A stretch of DNA of 62,897 nt, the filler included, from Aduncisulcus paluster (taxonomy: Eukaryota), in NCBI GenBank assembly GCA_024181965.1. It is 10 parts of 10 records of this genome, joined end to end, with 100 filler letters (N's around TTAATTAATTAA, not from the genome) between each part and the next. Parts side by side here need not be neighbours in the genome. Positions count along the whole stretch, not along the records: positions 54,900 to 59,383 come from BQXS01011367.1; positions 59,484 to 62,897 come from BQXS01011369.1; 8 more parts are not named here. One strand, given 5' to 3'. Shown here piece after piece: positions 55,671 to 62,897 of the stretch (position 1 is the first letter of the stretch; every line of letters begins with the position of its first letter). The notes under the pieces are model-generated. The model did not search any database. It was not told the origin of the DNA and saw nothing but the letters and a program-made list of their open reading frames with translations. Position numbers and translations under genes: made by a program.

Positions 55671-58600
55671 ATGAGCGATTCTGGCCACATAAAAGCTCTG
55701 GAAAAGGTTTCCGCTGGATATGACCTTAATCACCCACAAAATTTTCAATTCACAACCGACGGAAGTGAAATTATCCAAATGGATGCCAATGAAAATATTA
55801 TTACCCAAAAATTGTTCTTTTCTTTTCATAAATCTATATTCCGGTTCGGAAAGCCTATTATTCTGCATTCAATTCTTTTTTGTATTGACACCCTCATGTA
55901 TCAACAATCTATTAATCCAATTATCCTTAATTTTTTATTTTTTAATGAAGAACGCACATCTTCAAAATCTTGTCAACTTTTCCCCTCACCTTTTGAGTCT
56001 ATTTCTACTGATGAAGAACTATATTCCCCAAGATATCAATGGTATTCCTTGGTATTGGATGACATTGTTCTTCATGAATGTCATATTTTTCAAAACTCAT
56101 CAACCACTGGATCTCCCATCAAACTTTCTCAAATTCAATTTATTGTATCAAAAGAACCTGTTCAAATCAAAGAATATCTATCTCAGTTTGAACACTTTAA
56201 ATCACACCTTGTACTTTCTGAATTCCTTTCGATCCGTAATCACTTGCGACCGACGTTAACTCCTGATTATGCTCCCACAATTAAGCTAAACAAGACATAT
56301 TTCAAATATAAAGCCCCATGGATTAGAGATTCAGACGAGGATTTAGCATCCAAAGTTTTATCTCTTCCTGGATGTTACCAATCCGTTGATATCCCATTTT
56401 TAGATACTTTCTCAATTCAATCTATTAAAATTTGGATTTGTGATCTCCTTTCACCCAAATATATTCAACTTAAATATAGTATATCTGATCCAGAGCAATC
56501 AGATATTGTTCAATTTTATGAAATACCTCCTATTCGAGGTCATTACGATCTTATCTCTTTGTCTGATGGAAATATCATTGAAAATGCGATTGGATGTGAG
56601 ATTACATGCCTTTCCTCCTTCCTTGAAACCCCGTTTTGCTGGTTTGAAACCATTAAAGTGTATATTCAAGAAAAAAGAGAAGATATCGTTGAAGAGTTTG
56701 AAATGGGTCAAGCACAAGGCCTTTATGACGAAGTATCCGAAGATGACGAAGAAGTTATGACTACCGATCTGGATGACACGTCTATTGACCCTGTCCAATG
56801 TGACAATCGTACCCAAGAAGCTTCTACTGGGCATATCATCGTGGGGAAATTGGTCGATTCTGTGGATTGGCATGGGTATTTCGATGAGTCTGTCATCCAT
56901 CCAGATTGTGTCAACTCATTTATTCACACCTATTCCGATGAAATTGTCTCCTTTGAGGCATTTCGGTTCTTCTCAATGGGGTATTACCTAAAATTCCATA
57001 AATTAGTTGTTCCCTTTTCTCGTTCGCACGATATCCACAGTGTCCATATCGTTGGTATGGACCTACCCATTGTTTTGAATGTCCGTTTTATGACTTCAGA
57101 TTCTATGGAGATTTCTTTCTCTTGGAAATTAATATATTCGCTGTCTTCATTTGATGTTGACATTACAAACGTCATTTCATGTTCTATTGAAGTTATTAGA
57201 AGAAGAAGAAGAAGAAGAAGAAGAAAGAAGAGAATTATGTTGTGAACATGGATCCCAACTTCCATCGTGTGTTTTCGGCACTCTTTATTTCATTTCTGCG
57301 CAAGAAGAATCCTTGAAGCGGAAGCAAGAAGAGCTTGAGCATGAAATAGAACGGTCCAGACAATCGTATCATATCCAACGAAGCCTATTCCTGTCAGATC
57401 CAAGGATTATTCCAATTAACACCAAACAATGTTACCTTATCAACGATTATGGCGAGTTCTCATCTCTTCATTGTGAAGAATTCCACTCTTTCCTCAACAA
57501 TGTATCACCTATTACTTTCCATCGTATGTCTCTCCCCTTCTGTTCTCCTCAATCCATTAGTTGTATACATATCGCTGTGAGTGGGGAAGATGGGATGATG
57601 GATCAGCCAAAAGATATCGACATTGTGTTCCATTTGAGTTCAGGGGAGTTGGTCACGAAATATTACGGGATTCACTCCTCAAGGGAATCACTTTTGGATT
57701 GGCAGTCTCTCTCTGTAAAGCTTAAGGATGTCATTCGATGTGAGGTCGTATGTCGTCAATCGTGGTGCGGTTCAGTTTGTTGCAAGATCCACCCGTTGCG
57801 GTTCATTCGGCCCAAGGAATTAGTCAGCGATGAAGTGTTCAGGTTCGACGAAGAGGAGGCCACAATGAAAGATGAGTCAATTATGGCTGAACTTCTTCCT
57901 CGGACTTATAATGGGAACTATGCCAGAGTCCAAAATGACAAATTAAAAGAAATTATGGGAGCTGAAACCATGGCTGCAAAGGCTGATAAAGAGCGTGAAT
58001 TGGCATCTTCCTCATCTTCAAAGGGGATAAAATCGATATCATCTCGACTTTTGCGACTCAGTGTTCCCAAGAATGGGAGTTTGGCCTTGCTGAAGTCTTC
58101 TTCATCTCGGAAGAAAATGGTCGATGATAAACCTTGGTGGGAGACGTGTGATGAACCATACCCGTACGACACAAAGAAAAAGGATACAGAGGAGGAACTC
58201 CAGGGCGATGGGATCATTGATACACAAGGGATGAATTGTGTTCCCATTGATAAATATAATGCTAGAGGTATGTTCGTAGACGTTTATAATGAACAAGAAC
58301 AGGGAATTGAAGGGTTCTTGGATGGGAAGAATGGTGTTATTTTCCACAAAATTGAGCTCCCATTTGCACAATCTTCCCATCTCGAGAGAATTATCCTTTC
58401 CTCATCGGGTGGATATCACGATCCTCCTCGATACTTGAGGCTCACATTCTACATACGACACGGGAGCCATCTATCTCCTTTATCTCAAACAGAGGAAAGA
58501 ACTCTATCCGAAGTATCGCGTATGTTCTATATTCCTGAAGTTATCAATGAATATGCTTATTTCAATCTCCCTATTGATCTTTTAGATGTAGTTGGATGCG

Positions 58601-59383
58601 ACATTACTTGTGTATCGTCATGGCTTGGTAAAGAATTTTGTAACCTATTGGATCTGAAATTCATCCAGAAATCTCCTCCAAGTTTACATGCCAAATCTCC
58701 TAGAAAAGAAGAGTTTATTCACTCCTTTCACCCTCGTAATACTCCAACCTTGGGATCAATTGATAACGGAAGCAGTCATCCTCAGAACAAAGACCACCAG
58801 CAAGAAGAAAAGAAGGAAAAGACCGAGAAAATACATTCTCATTCATCGTCACCCTGTATTTTGTTTGATAGACAATCTATTTCGAAAGAATTGCACCAAA
58901 AGAAATCACTTTCGATGTTATTGGATGATATCAAGTCTGAGTCCGTTGATTCTACTCCGGCCTCATGTGTTTATTCTGGTTCTTCAACTCGTTCGAGTGT
59001 TTCTTGTGTAGATTCTGTTGACTGTGACTCTGTCATTCCGATTATTCCTGCCAAAATGCTTTCATCTCAAGAGTTTTCCAGCTTGAAGTCTCATTTCATT
59101 TTGCCAGATGTTGAGCACGCAAATATTGAAACAATCGGTCACATTTCTCGCACCGATTTCTTGCAGAGATTTCTATTGGTTCAATCATCTCGCATCAATT
59201 TCTTGAAATTATCCATTCCATTCGCTTTCCCTTGTTCAATTTCATCCGTGGTTGTCGGAATTGTTGAAGATGAGTGCAAGTTAGCGAGTGATTCGGATCA
59301 ATCGGTTGTACATCCTCGTAGTTTGAGATTTTCATTCATACACAAAGATGGCTCTGTCTCACAACATACGTTTAGTTTTGCCA
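55671..59383 (+). CDS. Protein with at least 6 copies of a ~150-aa beta-sandwich-like module; frame break near 57200; 3' truncated
   Basis: Recurrent F..L.[IL]PF.....I..I.I...P.....F...[DN]V..C[ED]I.C..SW...C...L.FI in both ORFs 55641-57245 and 57151-59383. Confidence 0.75.
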
Positions 59384-59484
59384 NNNNNNNNNNNNNNNNN
59401 NNNNNNNNNNNNNNNNNNNNNNNNNNNTTAATTAATTAANNNNNNNNNNNNNNNNNNNNNNNNNNNNNNNNNNNNNNNNNNNNA

Positions 59485-60087
59485 AATGACACTTCAATAT
59501 CAATATTCCCAGATAAAACCCCATCCCCCGAACCAGAAAAAAAATATAAACGCGTGAAAGTGAAAAAAGGAAAGAGAAGGACAAGTGGCGTTTCCATGCT
59601 CTCAGCTGATGAAAAACAGAAAAAATTATCATCAATTAGTTTTTTAGAAGGTGCACATACTGCAGAAATGGATAAAGAAGGTTATTCATTAACTCCTGGT
59701 GATATTCAATCAACCAAACAGAAAGATATTTCTCGCTTGCGTTTTTTGCAAGGAGAAGGAGAATCGATGGCTGCGTATCTCGCACAAGGAAAGCGTATTC
59801 CTCGTCGAGGAGAGGTTAATTGGGATGCTGATAGGATTAAAGCTCTTGAAAAAGTTGGTTACGAGATGAGTGGTAGTCGTCATGTAAATGTGTCTCGTGT
59901 CAGAGCCTTTAAGGAGGGTCAGTTGATGGATGCAAGAGCTAAACAGATTGCTAGACAAGAATCCATCACTGAAATTGCTTTGAAAGAGAAACAAGCCATG
60001 GATGACTTGAAACAACTCGCCATGAAACAGAAGAAAGCAATCGATATTAAATCGAGAAAAAAGAGGGTTCTTGGATTTAAGGGTTAG
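59485..60087 (+). CDS. NKAP: NKAP family splicing factor, C-terminal domain, 5' truncated
   Basis: GEGESMAAY..GKRIPRRGE...GYEMSGSRH. Confidence 0.93.
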   Translation, partial: NDTSISIFPDKTPSPEPEKKYKRVKVKKGKRRTSGVSMLSADEKQKKLSSISFLEGAHTAEMDKEGYSLTPGDIQSTKQKDISRLRFLQGEGESMAAYLAQGKRIPRRGEVNWDADRIKALEKVGYEMSGSRHVNVSRVRAFKEGQLMDARAKQIARQESITEIALKEKQAMDDLKQLAMKQKKAIDIKSRKKRVLGFKG

Positions 60088-60802
60088 GATATACTTTACA
60101 ATTTGATAATATTCATTATTTTTGAACAATTTATCCTATATTTCGCGGTTTTCATTGTTATTCTTTCGTTATTTATCCCACTGTTTCGGATATGAATGAT
60201 AAAATATCCCTCTCTTTTGCTTTCCCTGACAAGATTTAGTTCTTCAGGTCTCTTCAATTCTCATTTTGTTGAGAGTGTATGATTCACTGTGTATCCCAGG
60301 CGAAATTGTTTAAAAAAGAAATTATTGAATGGAAATTCATTCGGCATTCGGATCTATTCGATGATACCAATCTTTTGACCCAGGGATTTGTGAAATTTCT
60401 GCAACTTGCATCGTGCTGACATGATGTCTCGAAGACAGATAAATTAGTCATTATTAAGACAATTCAAAGAAGCATATGTTGAGATGGATTATGTTTTAAT
60501 GCTTATCGTGTATCATTAGTTGGTTTTTCATGGACTGTCAGATAATAAACAGATATTTGCTCTTTGCTATTCATCGCAGTTATTCACGAATTTAATAAGA
60601 TCAACTTCATTTTCTTTGTTTTTACTATATTATTTTATTGTAAAATATATGATTTTAAGCTTATTTGCGACGGAAAATTTAATCCTATATTTTGGGGCCA
60701 AATTAGGGAAAATTCGAAAAATTTTAGTTTTAAAATTAATAATTAAAGGAATTTATTTTTGAAAATGTTAATTATAACCCTTTCTTTATTCATGTTTATG
60801 AA

Positions 60803-60811
60803 CAACAGTTA
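60803..60811 (+). promoter_or_regulatory. Candidate Myb site CAACAGTTA about 75 nt upstream of the CWP-like ATG
   Basis: Contains C(T/A)ACAG and, on the minus strand, TAACTG. Confidence 0.3.
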
Positions 60812-60882
60812 GTCAAAATCTTGTCAAGTGATCTGATCAGAATATTCTGGATGTATCAGCTTTTTCTGAATATTTGAAGATA

Positions 60883-62897
60883 ATGAATTCTCGACGGAGT
60901 ATTATTTTGTTGCTTGTCACATTTGTTCTGCTATGTGGTATTGTTATGGCCGAAAGAAGTGATCGTTCTCGCCAATACCCTTCAGACCAAAATTATTCTG
61001 ATGATTATCGTAGGAATGATTATGACGATGAGTACGATAGATATCAAGGTGAAGATGGTGATATGGAAGGACCACGTGGAATGCTTGATGATTTTGGCAA
61101 GGTACACTCTCATGAAGAATTTTCTCATAATAACAAGGATACATCAGATGTTCGTTACAACAAAGAAGAAATTACATGGAAGTTCCAGGGCTATCATGGT
61201 CCAATTACTAAACCATATGATGAATTCTTCCCTCCCCCACACTATCATGTTCATAAGAATGAGAAGAATCCACCGATTTGTAAATTCTGTGATAAAGACG
61301 AACAGTATCATGCTCTTTCACAACTTTATTATTTGACCGAAGGTTGGAATTGGATTCAAAAAGGTAATTTCTTGAATTGTCATGTTCATGTTTGTGATTG
61401 GTACGATGGAATCAAATGTGATCGTAAAGGTCACATTACTGAAATTGATTTGTCGAATAATAATCTTCGTGGTCAATTCCCATTTGTTGTCAATTTCCTT
61501 CCCCACCTCAAGAAATTGGATCTCAGTGATAATTTCATGGTGTCTACTCTTCCTCCTCAAATTTGTGAGCTCACTCACTTAAAGGAACTTGATGTATCCA
61601 TGAATGGACTTACTGGTGAACTTCCAACTTGTATGTGTGAGATGAAGAGTCTTAAGAAACTCGACCTTTCAAGGAACGATTTCCAAGGACCTTTCTTGGG
61701 TTGCTCTGCTGAACAATGGCCCGAACTTAAGAAGTTGTACATAAACTGTAACTATTTCATAACAACCGGAAATATTGAAGATTTGTTACAGAACGGTTCT
61801 CTGAAATGGCTTTCCACATATTACAATGAGTTGAAGAATGAGTGTGAGTTCTGGGATTACTTTGAGTGTCCTGAAGATGATCCCGATGATTGGATGAAAG
61901 AAAGATATGGAATTAATGATCATTCTAGATCCAAGGGCCGTGATGATGACCGTGACTATGACCGTGATGATGACCGTGACTATGACCGTGATTATGACCG
62001 TGACCATGACCGTGACTATGACCGTGACCATGACCGTGACTATGACCGTGACTATGACCGTGACCATGACCGTGACCATGACCGTGACCATGACCGTGAC
62101 CATGACCGTGACCATGACCGTGACCATGACCGTGACCATGACCGTGACCATGACCGTGACTATGACCGTGATGATGACCGTGATTATGACCGCTCTAGGG
62201 TTTCTGGAAAAGACTGGCGTGATGAAGATCGTGACCATGACTATGAGGATGATCGTGACCGTGACTATGATCGCGATGAAGACCGTGACCGTGACTATGA
62301 CCGTGACTATGACCGTGACTATGACCGTGATTATGATCGCGATTATGATGAACGTGATGATTATTATATGGATGAGGATGGTGAATACTATCATGATCAT
62401 GATTATTTCGGTCAACCTAAACATGATGGGGGACGTGGATATATGGATGAGTACGAACCTGGCCCATGGAGACCTAAATCTAAGAAATACTACAAGGAAG
62501 GAGAGAAGAGATATGATAGGGATGAGAAGTGTGATGTCTATTCTCGTGATGGTGAGGACTTCTGGGAAAAGGATGGAAAGATGTACTGGAAGGTTGACGG
62601 TCAGAAACACTGGAAAGAAGGGGATGCTCATTGTTGGGACTGGAAGAAAGAGGAACATTGTCAAGAAGGTGGAACGCATAGATGGTGGAAGAAAGGGCAT
62701 GATCATGACCACAAAAACTGTAAAGGAGAAGAAGACAGAGATTGGTTTGACTTCGGTGAGTGGAACAATGAAAAACGTTGGAACCATCGTACAAGATACC
62801 AATGTAAACCTCCTCACTTCCATGGAAGCTGTGAATCTGCCAAGGAATGCCGTGGTCCTCAAATCAAACACTGTTCCGATTGTGTTGTTATTGATGA
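60883..62897 (+). CDS. Secreted cyst-wall-protein-like LRR protein with repetitive acidic tail; absent from ORF track because it runs off the window
   Basis: Signal peptide MNSRRSIILLLVTFVLLCGIVMA; ALSQLYYLTEGWNW, VCDWYDGIKC, IDLSNNNLRG, ICELTHL, LTGELPTCMCEM, LKKLYINCN; no stop to window end. Confidence 0.85.
   Translation, partial: MNSRRSIILLLVTFVLLCGIVMAERSDRSRQYPSDQNYSDDYRRNDYDDEYDRYQGEDGDMEGPRGMLDDFGKVHSHEEFSHNNKDTSDVRYNKEEITWKFQGYHGPITKPYDEFFPPPHYHVHKNEKNPPICKFCDKDEQYHALSQLYYLTEGWNWIQKGNFLNCHVHVCDWYDGIKCDRKGHITEIDLSNNNLRGQFPFVVNFLPHLKKLDLSDNFMVSTLPPQICELTHLKELDVSMNGLTGELPTCMCEMKSLKKLDLSRNDFQGPFLGCSAEQWPELKKLYINCNYFITTGNIEDLLQNGSLKWLSTYYNELKNECEFWDYFECPEDDPDDWMKERYGINDHSRSKGRDDDRDYDRDDDRDYDRDYDRDHDRDYDRDHDRDYDRDYDRDHDRDHDRDHDRDHDRDHDRDHDRDHDRDHDRDYDRDDDRDYDRSRVSGKDWRDEDRDHDYEDDRDRDYDRDEDRDRDYDRDYDRDYDRDYDRDYDERDDYYMDEDGEYYHDHDYFGQPKHDGGRGYMDEYEPGPWRPKSKKYYKEGEKRYDRDEKCDVYSRDGEDFWEKDGKMYWKVDGQKHWKEGDAHCWDWKKEEHCQEGGTHRWWKKGHDHDHKNCKGEEDRDWFDFGEWNNEKRWNHRTRYQCKPPHFHGSCESAKECRGPQIKHCSDCVVID
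61939..62190 (+). repeat. 21 x 12-nt coding repeat CGTGAY[C/T/G]ATGAC = RD[H/Y/D]D; degenerate second block about 62218-62349
   Basis: Direct count: 252 nt / 12. Confidence 0.95.

Noticed and set aside
61939-62190. CRISPR-like or telomeric array
   Set aside because: No spacers; in-frame 12-nt coding repeat
61786-62871. 361-aa minus-strand (VTVM)n ORF
   Set aside because: Antisense shadow of the RDHD repeat; the plus frame has a signal peptide and LRRs
1-62897. Hexamitid TAR=Gln code, or gene-cluster logic across the window
   Set aside because: Conserved genes end at TAA/TAG (clathrin, eIF3h, trehalase, NKAP) with none in frame; contigs are arbitrarily concatenated

Overview
Eukaryotic, gene-dense, intron-poor draft assembly, not a prokaryotic locus. 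The window is 10 unrelated contigs joined by 100-nt artificial spacers (N44-TTAATTAATTAA-N44), and it also carries six 20-N gaps and several local duplications that look like assembly artefacts, so no synteny can be read across spacers. The standard genetic code is used (TAA/TAG/TGA stops). An archaeal/Giardia-type ProRS, a Giardia-like cyst wall protein and a divergent clathrin point to a fornicate metamonad, probably a Carpediemonas-like organism such as Aduncisulcus (inference from recalled sequences). Recognisable genes: Ser/Thr kinase, CLU/TIF31-like, pyroglutamyl peptidase I, BBS7, Wee1/Myt1, trehalase, ATP9/Neo1 flippase, TBCCD1, eIF3h, clathrin heavy chain, ProRS, TBC1D5 and NKAP. Items missed or fragmented by the ORF track: (1) a 3-exon UFM1-like ubiquitin-fold gene lacking the C-terminal Gly; (2) a secreted CWP-type LRR protein with a long RD[H/Y/D]D tandem tail and a Myb-like promoter site; (3) two lineage-specific modules (a ~330-aa helical unit and a ~150-aa beta unit) recurring in unlinked genes; (4) a two-copy putative retroelement end; (5) a hairpin-dense ncRNA candidate. 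All family calls are by-eye motif recognition; no searches were run.
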